From a virus (taxonomy: Duplodnaviria > Caudoviricetes): DNA of 42,802 nt. The stretch spans positions 1 to 42,802 of IMG/VR virus record IMGVR_UViG_3300006851_000002. The stretch is one strand, 5' to 3'. Of this stretch, positions 9,601 to 18,226 are shown piece by piece. Below the pieces are notes generated by a model. That model did no database searches and was not told where the DNA came from. It saw only the letters and a list, made by a program, of their open reading frames with translations. The first letter of the stretch is position 1, and every line of letters starts with the position of its first letter. The position numbers and the translations under genes were made by a program.

Positions 9601-12600
9601 ACACCGTTCGCGTCCACCATCATATTGAATGAAGTGCTGTCAGCGGTTTCCATGCTTACCGCCCGCGACCCATCCTCCGATACGGTCGGCACCGAGATGC
9701 TGTTGATCTGCCGGCTCATGTCATACCGCTCGGCCTGCACATCGCCCGGCGTCCACGCGATCCGGTCGAACCCGTTGTCCACCGCCCACCGCGCCATGCG
9801 CTTGAAGGCGAGCATGGCCCACTCGTCGGTGGCCTTGAATGGGGCATCTGGCGTCGCGCCGAGTTTCGCGCGGAGATCGGTTCGACCAAGCACCATCTGC
9901 GCCACTTGCGCCAAGTTGGCGGCAAACTGACTGTCAGCGGTCCCGCCGGCGAGTTTGTTCGGCACCGGGCCACCGTTCTTCGCGGTGATGACCCAATTCG
10001 AACCATTGTTGCGCGCCGAATAACCCTCCGCATCCAGGAGCCGCATCACCTCGGCGTCGGGAGTGTCGGGTCGGGAATAGCCCTGCTCGCGCCCGGCCTG
10101 ATGCCAGTCGGACTGGATTTCCTCGATGAACAGAACCTTGTTCCCATCGGAGTCCACCCGCTCATTGAAGCGGACATGGGTCAGGATGTTCGGCTGATCG
10201 AAGTGCGACGACCGGTATTCATCGGCGCCCGCACGGTTTGCGCGGCGGAACGTCTCCACTTCCTCCGGGGTGGGGTCGGCGACGCGGCCGATCCGGTCGC
10301 CTTCGGCGCGAAGTCGCGAAGCGTCATTCGGCATCGTCAGCAGCAGCTCGCGGTAGTTCTGACCGCCTGGAACCGTGTAGTCCCCGAACTTCGCAATCCC
10401 CTGTTCGCCGGATGCGTTGTCCACCGCGCGCTGCAGGTCGCCCGGAAGATCGTCGTACCCCACATACTCCCCATCCGGGTCGATGAAGTCGGCCTGGTCG
10501 GGGCCATACTCAATCCGATACCCGCGCTCCTGGAACGCAGCGACGACCTCAGCGTTTCCAGCGCCCAGCACCACTTCCTCAATCTGCACCTGATTGGCGC
10601 GGATGAAGTCCGCCAGCGCCTCGCGCGTCACCAGACCATCCTGCTCATCAAGCCATGCGTCGATGCCCCGCCAATCGCGCTCCCCCTTCCGCATCTCGCC
10701 GCGCCGCTGCGCGCCATCCAGCCATCCCTTCCATGCACCTGCATCCGCCCGCCGGGGAGCGCCGCGCCCTTCCTCGACCGCTCGCAGCATGGCCGAATAG
10801 AACACCGGTGCATCAACATTGGCCGCGTCTTGGAACAGACGAACCGGCTCGCTGACGGCGGACTCGTCCCAGATGACGTAGTTGTGCCGATTGCTCACAT
10901 CTTCCAACGTCCGGATGAACGCCTTTCGCTGAGCCGCCCTTTCACGATCCGACAGCCCGTATATTCCAGACATCATGGAATCGGCGGCAGCCTCAATATC
11001 GCCATCGGCATTTTCCAGGGCGCGCAGCGCCTTGACCGAAGTCAGATCGGGTGCGCGCGATCCACCGTCCAAGTATCGAAGGCCGGGGATTCCTGCCGCC
11101 AGCAACGCCTCGGATGCCGCCTTCTCACTGCCCAGCGACTGCGCCAGGCGCGTGTAGGCCATTCCGCCACGCTCCGCTGCGTCGTAGTCGTCGCCCTCCG
11201 GGTCGAACTGGTCCGGGTCCATCGCGGCCAACGCGCGCTGCACCGCCTCCGGCTGCTCTGCCAGTGGCGCGTCGTAGTCCAGCAGGTCGCTGTCCTCGGG
11301 AATGTCCACCTGATACAGGCGGCCGTGATCCTGGCCGCGGCGCAACCAGTCGATTGCCGCCTGCACGTTCCCCCGCGCGGCTTCCGGCAGGGAGCCTCGA
11401 CGACGAACCATAGACGCGATAGCCCGTCCCCGGTCGCCTCCCGCCGCCCTCAGTGCATCATCCGCCATCGTCGCCGGAATGTTCCGGGCGATGCCGGCCA
11501 GGTTCCTCCGGTAGAAGTCCGCCACCTCCCTCTTGCTGGCAAAGTACAGCCCCCAGCCGAACGCCTGATTGCCCTCGCCGGTGCCGATGCGCTGCAGGCT
11601 GAAACGGTCAACGTCATGCGGCGTGCCGTGGAAGGCCGACTGATCCATGATGCCGGGCTGGTCGGCGCCGAAGTTGCCGCGGTTGGCGGTTGCGGACTTG
11701 ATCTGCTCAGGGTCGAAGGCCACGAACTCGCGCCACCCGAACTGACGCCCAATGATTCCGTCATATCCGGCGGCCTGCAGCTGCGCGCGATCGTCAGCAG
11801 TTACATGACCGCTGCGGATGTCAGGGAACTCGGCGCTTGGAAGAACCAGCGGATTTTCCATCCGCAGGTACACCGGCAAAACCTGCCCGCCCCGACGCAT
11901 GGCATAGCTAGACGAAACGGAACGTTCTTCGCTGAAATAGGCGCCTACCGATCCGCCGGTTCCGCTGTCAGTGTCGAACTGAGTAAAGGCCGTCCCGGTG
12001 CCGTGGTATGCCACCACCGGACGGCCCTCGTCATCCACAACCTGCGAGTCCCCGAACCAGGCGGTGAAGTTCTGCCACACCGGCCGGCCGTTCGGCGCGA
12101 TGGCGTCGCCGTAGGTTTCCTGCGCCCAGGACACAACCTCGGGACGGTAGCCGGAAGGGTCGAAGTCGGTGGCGGCGTCCTGATCGAAGTTCGCAGCCTG
12201 ACCCAGAGACAGCGGTGACACGGCCAGGCGCATCGTCTCGGCGCCCGTGGCGCGCGCAGCGGCGTACCGGCGATGGCCGTCCTGCAGCTTCACCATCCCA
12301 TTCGGAAGTTCTGAGCCGCGCCCGTTCGGGAACTGCTCGCCCGCTCGCATGGCCTCGGCATAGCGCGCGGCATCGGCGCGCTTCTCGGGTGCCAGCTCGC
12401 CCGCGCTGTCGAACTCGGTGGCGTCGATCCGGTCCAGCGGCACATCCTGAATCTGGCGGCGCGTGTCGATGCCCGGCAGGTCGGGACCGGCCACCCACGC
12501 CCCCACCGGCGCCGACTCCATCTCAGTGATCGGGAGCGGGTTGTTGAACGATCCAGGGCGCGTCTGCTCGAAGCTGCGACCGAACAGCGCCTCAGCGATC

Positions 12601-15008
12601 TGCTGATTCGACATCGCCATGACTTCCGACCACGGCACGTCCCGAAGCGCCTCCGCTTCTTCCAGCGCCTGTACCAGGTCCTTCCGTTCTTCCTCAAACT
12701 GGACGCGCGCACGATCAGCGAATTCCGGCGAATACACCCGATCACCGCGAAGGTCGCGGTCGATAAGTTCCAGCAGGTCCGCAACGGTCGAATCCATCGG
12801 CAGGTATCCGGCCTCGGCCGCCGCCTCGCGCGCGCTGTCCAGGTCCTCGCCGTGCTTGTTGATGATGCCGATGCGCTGTCGGTTGGCGTCCATGCTGCGA
12901 AGATCGCCGCCCACGTCGGTCACGCCACCACGGGAAACCACGAAGTCGGCAATGCTCGGCCCGTAGATCGGGGCCGGATCAGGGTCATCGCTCCGCAGGG
13001 TGTCTAGCAGCGCGTCCAGGCGGCCCGTGCCGGCCCACGGCGGCGTAGAGCGCGGGTCGGCCTGCCCCGGCGCCGGGGCGGCCCTGATGCCGGCCATGCG
13101 GCGCTCGTACAGCGTCCACGGGTCGGTGCCCCACATATCGGCCAGCCGCGTGATGCCGGCGGCGAACAGCTTGGCCTGCGACTCAGCCGCCGCCGAAGAA
13201 TAACGGTTGGTGGAAAGAAGCTGGCCGTACACGTCGTCCTGAATCCGCCGCCGCGAGCTAGGCTCCGCGCCAGGCTCCGCGCGCGCAGCGGCGTCGGCAT
13301 CGCCAGCCATCGCATCTGCCAGCCCGTCGATGTCGAACTTCTCCAGCTCCACCGCAGACAGGGCATCGGCCTGCGTCCGGGCGTTGCGGGCAATCTCCTG
13401 CGCGTTCGGCAGGCCGGCCACGACCCCAAAATACTGATCGGCAGGGATCACCACGTCGCCCGATGCCAACTGCTCGGTCAGGATCGTGTCGCCGCCCACC
13501 ACGTTCACCAGCGTCTGCCAGTTGTCCTGGAACAGCACCCGCGCAGCATCGGCATCCAGGTACACCCCGCCCTCAGCGCCGGATGCGGCTGCGAACGCCT
13601 GCGCTTCCTCCGGGCTGCGCCGCGCCAGATTCGCATTGCCGGCCGCGATGGTCGCCGCCGACAGAGCATCGGACCCCTCGCCGGAACGGCGCACGATGTC
13701 TAGCTGCTCGTTGATCCACCGAACCTGACCGCGCTCGCGCGCCGACACGTAATTCGCCCACGCCTCCACGGCGCCGAACGGAACCTCCGCGATGCCTTCC
13801 AGGATGATTTCGCCGTAGTTGACCCCATCCCCTGCCACCAAGCCGGCCGTCAGTTCGCCCAGCGAGCCGCCGGCCGCCTGAATACCCACCTCACCTGCCG
13901 TGCGCGATGCCGCCGACACGGCGCCGCGCCGCGCATTGATAAGGAGCTGGCCGGCCAGCCCCGCCGTCGCGGCATCGAACGCACCGATGGCGATTCCTCG
14001 CTTCGCGGCCCTGCTGCGGGCCTCGGCCATAAGTTCCGGATTCCGTAGCGCGCGCGCCAGGGCGGCCGGGTCCGTCATGTCCACGCCCGACTCAGCCAGC
14101 GCCTCACTGATTGACGCGCCGTACTCCACCCAGCCCGACGACCCTCCAGCGGCCGTCATGGTCACCGCCCGCCCCATGCCGCCGGTCGCAGCCGTCAGAG
14201 CCAGCCCCGGAGCGCCCATACCCAGCGACTGGCCGACCACCACGCCAACGGCGCGAGGGCTTCGGGCCACCAGCCCCAGCGCCTCCCACAGGGAATCAGC
14301 CTCATTCGCAGCCGCGATGTTCTGGAACTGCGCGTCTGTCGCCTCGCTCACGCGCTCGATCTGCTGCGCGCGTCGCTCCTGATTGGCGGCGAAGGACGCC
14401 GAGCGAGACGCCTGATAGTCCGCGTCCGACTCAAACCCCAGCCCCTGAGCCACGGTTTCAGCGCGCGCGCGCGTCTCATCGCTGCGAAAATCAGGCATCC
14501 CGACCAGGGCTGCATGTCCCAACGCGCGCTGATAGCCCGCGAACAGGGATGACCCGATTTCCTCGGCATAGATAGGCTGGCGGCTGGCGCGATGCACGGC
14601 TTCGCCATCCCGGCCCATCTCATCCCACGCAGCCATTTGATTCGACAAGGTGTGCCACGCGCTCGACAGGCCAAAGTCCCTGGACGACTGGAACGTGCGG
14701 CTGATCGCCAGCCCCAGCTTGTCCAGCGTGCCAAGTTCGTCCTTCACCAAGGCGTAGCGGTTCGGGTTCTCCGTCAGCCACTTCTGGGTCGTCGGGGACA
14801 GCGCGGCCATCTCCCGGCGCTGCGCTTCCATCCGCGCCCCTTCCAGGTCCGACCGAACAGCCTCAGCCGGCGCCCCCGTCCGCCTGGACAGCGACAGGGA
14901 CTCGGCCTCCTGCTCCGGCGTCGTCTGCGCGGCGAACTGGATGGTGGACGCCTTCGCGCGCTCAACGTCGGCCAGCATCTCCCGGCCGATTTCCTCGTAT
15001 CGGTTCAA
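3663..15008 (-). CDS. Giant polyvalent internal virion (ejection) protein with ParB-like, ART-like and zincin HExxH domains
   Basis: 3781 aa; last of three ejection genes; DGHRR (ParB/Srx), YHGT..GAYFS..YDGII..EFVAFDPEQIKSA (ART-PolyVal-like), FHGT..IGTGEG..GWGLYF, EEIQSDWHQ, HNLS..PSI..YFEAKP and FLHETGH..HEQFARGFE motifs. Confidence 0.85.
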   Translation of the reverse strand: MNRYEEIGREMLADVERAKASTIQFAAQTTPEQEAESLSLSRRTGAPAEAVRSDLEGARMEAQRREMAALSPTTQKWLTENPNRYALVKDELGTLDKLGLAISRTFQSSRDFGLSSAWHTLSNQMAAWDEMGRDGEAVHRASRQPIYAEEIGSSLFAGYQRALGHAALVGMPDFRSDETRARAETVAQGLGFESDADYQASRSASFAANQERRAQQIERVSEATDAQFQNIAAANEADSLWEALGLVARSPRAVGVVVGQSLGMGAPGLALTAATGGMGRAVTMTAAGGSSGWVEYGASISEALAESGVDMTDPAALARALRNPELMAEARSRAAKRGIAIGAFDAATAGLAGQLLINARRGAVSAASRTAGEVGIQAAGGSLGELTAGLVAGDGVNYGEIILEGIAEVPFGAVEAWANYVSARERGQVRWINEQLDIVRRSGEGSDALSAATIAAGNANLARRSPEEAQAFAAASGAEGGVYLDADAARVLFQDNWQTLVNVVGGDTILTEQLASGDVVIPADQYFGVVAGLPNAQEIARNARTQADALSAVELEKFDIDGLADAMAGDADAAARAEPGAEPSSRRRIQDDVYGQLLSTNRYSSAAAESQAKLFAAGITRLADMWGTDPWTLYERRMAGIRAAPAPGQADPRSTPPWAGTGRLDALLDTLRSDDPDPAPIYGPSIADFVVSRGGVTDVGGDLRSMDANRQRIGIINKHGEDLDSAREAAAEAGYLPMDSTVADLLELIDRDLRGDRVYSPEFADRARVQFEEERKDLVQALEEAEALRDVPWSEVMAMSNQQIAEALFGRSFEQTRPGSFNNPLPITEMESAPVGAWVAGPDLPGIDTRRQIQDVPLDRIDATEFDSAGELAPEKRADAARYAEAMRAGEQFPNGRGSELPNGMVKLQDGHRRYAAARATGAETMRLAVSPLSLGQAANFDQDAATDFDPSGYRPEVVSWAQETYGDAIAPNGRPVWQNFTAWFGDSQVVDDEGRPVVAYHGTGTAFTQFDTDSGTGGSVGAYFSEERSVSSSYAMRRGGQVLPVYLRMENPLVLPSAEFPDIRSGHVTADDRAQLQAAGYDGIIGRQFGWREFVAFDPEQIKSATANRGNFGADQPGIMDQSAFHGTPHDVDRFSLQRIGTGEGNQAFGWGLYFASKREVADFYRRNLAGIARNIPATMADDALRAAGGDRGRAIASMVRRRGSLPEAARGNVQAAIDWLRRGQDHGRLYQVDIPEDSDLLDYDAPLAEQPEAVQRALAAMDPDQFDPEGDDYDAAERGGMAYTRLAQSLGSEKAASEALLAAGIPGLRYLDGGSRAPDLTSVKALRALENADGDIEAAADSMMSGIYGLSDRERAAQRKAFIRTLEDVSNRHNYVIWDESAVSEPVRLFQDAANVDAPVFYSAMLRAVEEGRGAPRRADAGAWKGWLDGAQRRGEMRKGERDWRGIDAWLDEQDGLVTREALADFIRANQVQIEEVVLGAGNAEVVAAFQERGYRIEYGPDQADFIDPDGEYVGYDDLPGDLQRAVDNASGEQGIAKFGDYTVPGGQNYRELLLTMPNDASRLRAEGDRIGRVADPTPEEVETFRRANRAGADEYRSSHFDQPNILTHVRFNERVDSDGNKVLFIEEIQSDWHQAGREQGYSRPDTPDAEVMRLLDAEGYSARNNGSNWVITAKNGGPVPNKLAGGTADSQFAANLAQVAQMVLGRTDLRAKLGATPDAPFKATDEWAMLAFKRMARWAVDNGFDRIAWTPGDVQAERYDMSRQINSISVPTVSEDGSRAVSMETADSTSFNMMVDANGVVDGYGAARQFSGRNLSEVIGKELAEKVMGEAEGGVLSGDGLKVGGEGMRAFYDSILPKAVNKWAKRMGGRVGRAAVPAGPADHLSLAYFQEWMQRNHPDVAQPTIADEWSQGEDSPLVSEFLADSRLIESHSLDVTDAMRDAVSQGMTLFQSQLGDRLVAVHNLSAENLLFSDNLGGLPAPSIGITKAASPFRGFGSISLIGGRALAEPGTTNPVFSADAYTQRFPEILWPKVRVKKADAFIDSIDPEGWNWEGREYLTRNPSRERAIESAVRSAQFMRGWLRSQGETPAADVTKAAKPRQEWMDDAELLAVVDEVRDEVYARDLPPDDPRAIRMGEAARAAIERYVEGQGRDAEMSRVLLDAFMDRTFDESGALTYAMQDGVITYAEQRSRPPRVDPYLTRQALSEQIGERQTDFEAWVTEQISGVFDEPQIMLGRKKVPMTLENVVEAMTRQGAVAGREQTMTFGPGQVVARNAKRYRTIEEIQADRDRVVPPEQRTEAKDALEKTLESFRDEAIKYFTGTNYRGEIDTWEALDMSMKSLADASKKAATAKNVAAALRRNGFDGAPDEVAQAGADALVEIRQAVASYFEAKPQRAVSLSEFPGAVIPADASQEVRDTLDRHGIRWMEYGEELGLTQEQAVSQLSAELDGGTGDILFQPEGAEPAQAPRGQIEIFPDRRMAISLFEGADRSTFLHETGHFFLEVLRDIAADPNAPDQARQEMAVLLDWFGIESVDQIGREHHEQFARGFEKYLAEGRAPSPELQSAFSAFKAWLLSIYRNLLNLNVNLTDDVRGVMDRLLASDAEIEAAHIRQGMEPMSFGEGVLEEAQIRQYAEQLEQATERERAALGARLIAAHDRAARRWYKEQKAEVRKEVEAEYAAMPVYRAARVLAGAKKYADGTDIPAELQGIKLSKEALASVYGEPYLRRLRGLYRVKGGIDQDLAAMKLGFETGDALVNALANREDMDARVQAETDERMRERHGDPMTDGTLAERAMDAVHDDHRMRVLAWEMSVLEALAADPAAVVDQPRPTRERQSAEGEQAPAAAQEGQQAPQRRQISPETRERIRQAQARRTAATRALAEAARRAIGKKALRDIRPHDYLAAERKAARKATAAAEAGNYVEGLQAKRQQAFNAAMYREAMRVQKRADSNVRFLRKAASDQTRRRVGKEAGKFYVDALDAIFDGIEVRGVSRPEVARRAALREWVARMQDEGNSTAVPEMLLARVESENVTNLADMTVADVEGLREAVENILHLARTKNRLQTLQGKREWEEVKAEMVARLEEQRDRHGRYGISDADRAMFDRIKDLYAAGSNWVLQPETMVEWLDGGDNGPFHDLLWDMAQAAERKREALNRQVGNALQEAMAELPAADRKALDRRFDIESLGGAVSGHSILSALLNMGNEGNRDKLLRGGRVVGDEIVPFTEQQIAEMFSRLTRPQAEAVQKIWDAIDQLWPEIVALEESMNGIAPEKVEASQFTVMTRDGPVSLRGGYYPVMYDPKGARVGQFSEDEQAKRVLSGQTPIRASTSKGHVEKRTDFAAPLLLDYHSVITRHLDGVIGDISYRQFLRQVYKVLGDPDIRRMIDNRIGPGAATGLRQSFERGAVGHFSLAGPLLGPFQKVADAGMTNLSSAALGLRIPLAMANVVAVPIQATARVKARNVIRGLLDYYLSGGPNIIGNMRRNAEMVQRLSPLMLRRSEARSVELSSIIANLRGKRGFRAKMIEMAMAMHQWTVPLAENAVWMGAYQQAQSGGANIQEAAAAADKAIRQTQTKTSAAELSRGEGGPMRMFMQFAGPLVVMNNRMQEAGLRGLRGDVKSWPQALGVWFSVAMGAAWSFELMMGRGPEGDDGEDADIGDWIAWAALKLGLLPFAAFPLIRDVAGFADSGFSRGTPLVEAGISLYEATIGTAEELFSEDEVNVEKIIKSQVRASGAAFGVPSNQLLRTGDYLMSVGTGEHELGNPAAEAYYLVQGAPDEE

Positions 15009-17167
15009 AACGTATCCCCAGCGCCGCGGCGATAGGCTTCCACCACCTGCGCTTCTGTCGGGCTGCTGATGCCGGCGGCGCGCAGCCCCTCGATGATCTG
15101 CACCCGCTCATCGGCGGGCACGTTGAAGTTCTCGCCGGCGCGGTACAGCGGCTGCTCCTTGTTCGGACGCCACCAGTATTCCCGCACCATCGGCTGCTTC
15201 AAGCCGTTGATGATGGTCTGCATCTCCGAAGCGTTCGGGTTCCTGCCGTTGTTGCGTTCGTTGAACGCCCGCTTCTCACGCAAGAAAGCGCGCTGCAGTT
15301 CATCGCGCGACTCAGCGTTTTTCTTGCCGGTTCCCGCAATACCGATGTCCTGATACGCCTGCGACAGCAACTGCGACTCGCTGGCCCATTCGTCACGCTT
15401 CTCCGGCTTGGTGGCGTCGGCCTGCATCGACTTGAACTGCGCCAGGCTCGCCGTGGACAGCCTCACCTGAACCTCGGGATCGTTGAAGTCGCGCTGCATG
15501 AACGCATCCGGATCGATCACCGCCTCGCGGTACAGTTCCTCCTTGAACGGCAGATCGTCCTGCACGAAAGTCCCCTGAATCCGATGCAGTCGCAGGGATT
15601 CCAGCGCCGGAATCTTGCCCTCGCTCACGGCTTTCGCGTAGTCGTCGGCCCCCAGTATCTGCGGGAGCGTCTGCGTCGGGTCGGCGTACTGCATCGCAGT
15701 GTTGACGCGCTCGGACCATGCCTTGTTCGCCTCGCGCTCGCCAGCCTCTCTGATTGCGAACCGCTCGCGAATCTTTCCCATCACAAGCCTGCGCGTGGAC
15801 GGGTTCTCAATGTTCTCCCGCGCCCACGCAAGCGCCTGTGATTCCGACTGCGGCGGCTCGGATCGCGGCGCACTAGACGCCACAGGAAGGCCGCGACGAC
15901 GCCAGCCATCGACCACCTGCGCCTTCGTCTTGCCGCGCAAGTATGGGTTCGCGTTCATCTGCCCCGCGGACAGTATGTCCGACATCGGCGTATCGTCGCT
16001 GGCGCGGCCGAACGCTACGCCGCCCTTCGGGCCGAAATGATGCGCCGCGTACAGATTGACGGCCGTGGCCTGCACACCGCCGGACTGCAGATACGCAGCG
16101 TTCTCTCGCCGGTATGCGCTCACCATTTCCCGAGACAGCGAGCCATCGGAGCGAAGCGCCAGGACTTCTTCACGCGACCGCCCATCCGCCAGTTCCGGCC
16201 GATAGCGCCGGATCATGTCCAGCCACGTCGATTCGATGAACTGACCGGCTCCGGCCGCGGAACTTTCCGGATTCTTCGCCGAATCAACGCCGCCAGATTC
16301 GAGAAGGATTATCGCGGCGTCGATTGACTCCGGGGCGTCTGCATGTACGGCCTCGCCGGCCAACAGCCGATCAACGATGTCGTCAGCAGCGCGATCTTCG
16401 ACTGCCGGGTACAGCACCGACTCCACGCGCGCGCGGTCATCGGGCGAAAGCTGGTCGCGGTACTGGTCCAGCAGCTCCTGCGCCGCGAACGGGTCCGTCG
16501 TGGCAACCGATTCGATTGTCTGCCGCCGCACGCTGGATACGGCCATGCGGTTCGCCTCGGCAATCACCGTGTCGCCGGCACCCTCAGCGCGGAACCGCGC
16601 CTCGTTCGCGCCCAGCAACTCCGACAGAAGTTCCTCCTGTCGCGCCATGTCGCCGTTCATGCCGGCCGTGGCCGCGTCGCGCATGATCGCGCCGACAGCC
16701 GCATCCGACTCGGCCTTGATCGCGGCGCTATGCTCGCGGTCCATGTAGCCGTTCAGCCGGCTCCCGATACCGTCCTGGAAGGTCAGGGCGATCCCTTCGA
16801 ACTGCTGGCGCTGGTGCGGCGTCAGCCTCTCGCTGATCTGCGACACGCGCTGCTGCAGGTCCGGCATGATGACATCGTTCGCTTCCAGCGCGTTCAGCCC
16901 CTTGAAGCGGCTGATCCCCTCCGGGTTGGCCGGGTCGAACGTGGCGTGTTCCCACTCCGACAGTTCCCGCCGGGCGGACATGATCGCCGCGGTATCGTTC
17001 CTCTCCTGCGCGCGCTGCGCGAAGTCGGACATGACACTGGCCGCCTGGCCCAGCCCTCGGGCGATAGCCTCGGAACCCGACGAGTCCACGCGCGTCGTCT
17101 CGCGCACCTGCGGACCCTGCTGGACCTGAATCTGCGGCCCCTGCGTCCTCGGAATGAAGGTCGCCAT
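15005..17167 (-). CDS. Internal virion protein with lytic transglycosylase-like domain
   Basis: 720 aa; IILLESGG..AKNPESSAAGAGQFIESTW..LYAAHHFG lysozyme/SLT-like signature; middle ejection-protein position. Confidence 0.8.
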   Translation of the reverse strand: MATFIPRTQGPQIQVQQGPQVRETTRVDSSGSEAIARGLGQAASVMSDFAQRAQERNDTAAIMSARRELSEWEHATFDPANPEGISRFKGLNALEANDVIMPDLQQRVSQISERLTPHQRQQFEGIALTFQDGIGSRLNGYMDREHSAAIKAESDAAVGAIMRDAATAGMNGDMARQEELLSELLGANEARFRAEGAGDTVIAEANRMAVSSVRRQTIESVATTDPFAAQELLDQYRDQLSPDDRARVESVLYPAVEDRAADDIVDRLLAGEAVHADAPESIDAAIILLESGGVDSAKNPESSAAGAGQFIESTWLDMIRRYRPELADGRSREEVLALRSDGSLSREMVSAYRRENAAYLQSGGVQATAVNLYAAHHFGPKGGVAFGRASDDTPMSDILSAGQMNANPYLRGKTKAQVVDGWRRRGLPVASSAPRSEPPQSESQALAWARENIENPSTRRLVMGKIRERFAIREAGEREANKAWSERVNTAMQYADPTQTLPQILGADDYAKAVSEGKIPALESLRLHRIQGTFVQDDLPFKEELYREAVIDPDAFMQRDFNDPEVQVRLSTASLAQFKSMQADATKPEKRDEWASESQLLSQAYQDIGIAGTGKKNAESRDELQRAFLREKRAFNERNNGRNPNASEMQTIINGLKQPMVREYWWRPNKEQPLYRAGENFNVPADERVQIIEGLRAAGISSPTEAQVVEAYRRGAGDTF

Positions 17168-17170
17168 TCG

Positions 17171-17752
17171 TCAGTACCCCACGGACCCAAGACCGCGATA
17201 CCCGCCGGCATAGAGCGATGCGCCCGCCCGCCTTGCCGTGCCCCTGCTCGCACGCCCGGCTCCGAACCCGGCAGACTGCGCCTGACCATAGGCTCCGGCC
17301 GCGCTCGACAGCCCGGACAGGATCGTGCCGTACTGATTCATCCGAGACGACGCCTGATCGGCCCGAGACTGATTCATGATGCTGGTGGCCTGAGCATTGA
17401 ACCCCCAAGCGTTGCGGGCGGCGTTCAGGCGGATGGCCTGCTGATCGACCTCCCCGAACATGGCCGACTCGCCAAGGATTTCCAGCGGCGTTCCGATCTG
17501 CGCGTCGATGCCTTGCGCTGCGATGGCCGCCCTCTGCTGTCCTTCGAGCGCCCGCATCCGCCACGTCTGCTGCTGAGACTCACGATCCCCCAGCGCGCGC
17601 GCCGTGGCCGCGTCCTGCTCGGCCAGACGGGCGTTCTGCTCAGCAATCTGGGCGTTGGCCTTCGCCGCCTGCCGCTGGCCGTGGACCGAAACGCCAGTTC
17701 CAACCAGGCCGATCACCGCGGATGCAGCCATGATGGTTGTCGGTTCGCACAT
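17171..17752 (-). CDS. Small internal virion protein (T7 gp14-like position)
   Basis: 193 aa, Ala/Gln/Gly-rich, MCEP start with hydrophobic N-terminal helix; first ejection gene. Confidence 0.75.
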   Translation of the reverse strand: MCEPTTIMAASAVIGLVGTGVSVHGQRQAAKANAQIAEQNARLAEQDAATARALGDRESQQQTWRMRALEGQQRAAIAAQGIDAQIGTPLEILGESAMFGEVDQQAIRLNAARNAWGFNAQATSIMNQSRADQASSRMNQYGTILSGLSSAAGAYGQAQSAGFGAGRASRGTARRAGASLYAGGYRGLGSVGY

Positions 17753-18226
17753 TTACGCCACCTTTTTCATGTAGAACGGCAGGAACGGCAGCCCGTCCAC
17801 ACCATACGGGATCGCCTCCGCGAACTCGAACCCCAGCCAGCGCAGCCATCGGATCGCGCTGGTGTTGCGCTCGTCCACGAAATTGTAGAGCAAGGCGGGG
17901 TACTGGTCGCCCATGTACTCCACCACCGGCCGCGACAGCCGCAGCAGGTCGCGCTGCGCGCCGTGCCGGTCCAGCACCCGGCTCCCGATCATCCACGCCG
18001 CGGCGATGCCGCCCAGCGCCGAGAACGGCCAGGCGCCGAACATACAGGCCGGCTCGCCCTCGTAGATCGCGGTCCACGACTCCGGCGTGCTGTCCAGCCC
18101 GCGCACCATCGCACCCAGCGGCTCGCTGCGGCTGGCCGCCCACAGTTCCGCCCGGTCAGCCTCGCGCGCGTTGGCCGCGATGGCCTCAGCGTGCGCCAGG
18201 GTCGCCGGAACGATGCGCGCCTTCAC
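17753..18226 (-). CDS. GNAT-like virion assembly protein (T7 gp13-like)
   Basis: Start re-called at GTG 18226 (GTGA overlap); READRAELWAA..LYNFVDERNTSAIRWLRWLGFEF motif; follows the nozzle gene. Confidence 0.8.
   Translation of the reverse strand: MKARIVPATLAHAEAIAANAREADRAELWAASRSEPLGAMVRGLDSTPESWTAIYEGEPACMFGAWPFSALGGIAAAWMIGSRVLDRHGAQRDLLRLSRPVVEYMGDQYPALLYNFVDERNTSAIRWLRWLGFEFAEAIPYGVDGLPFLPFYMKKVA

Noticed and set aside
12180-12563. ParB domain as evidence of a ParABS partition system
   Set aside because: Embedded in a virion protein, lacks an HTH, and no parA or parS was recognised
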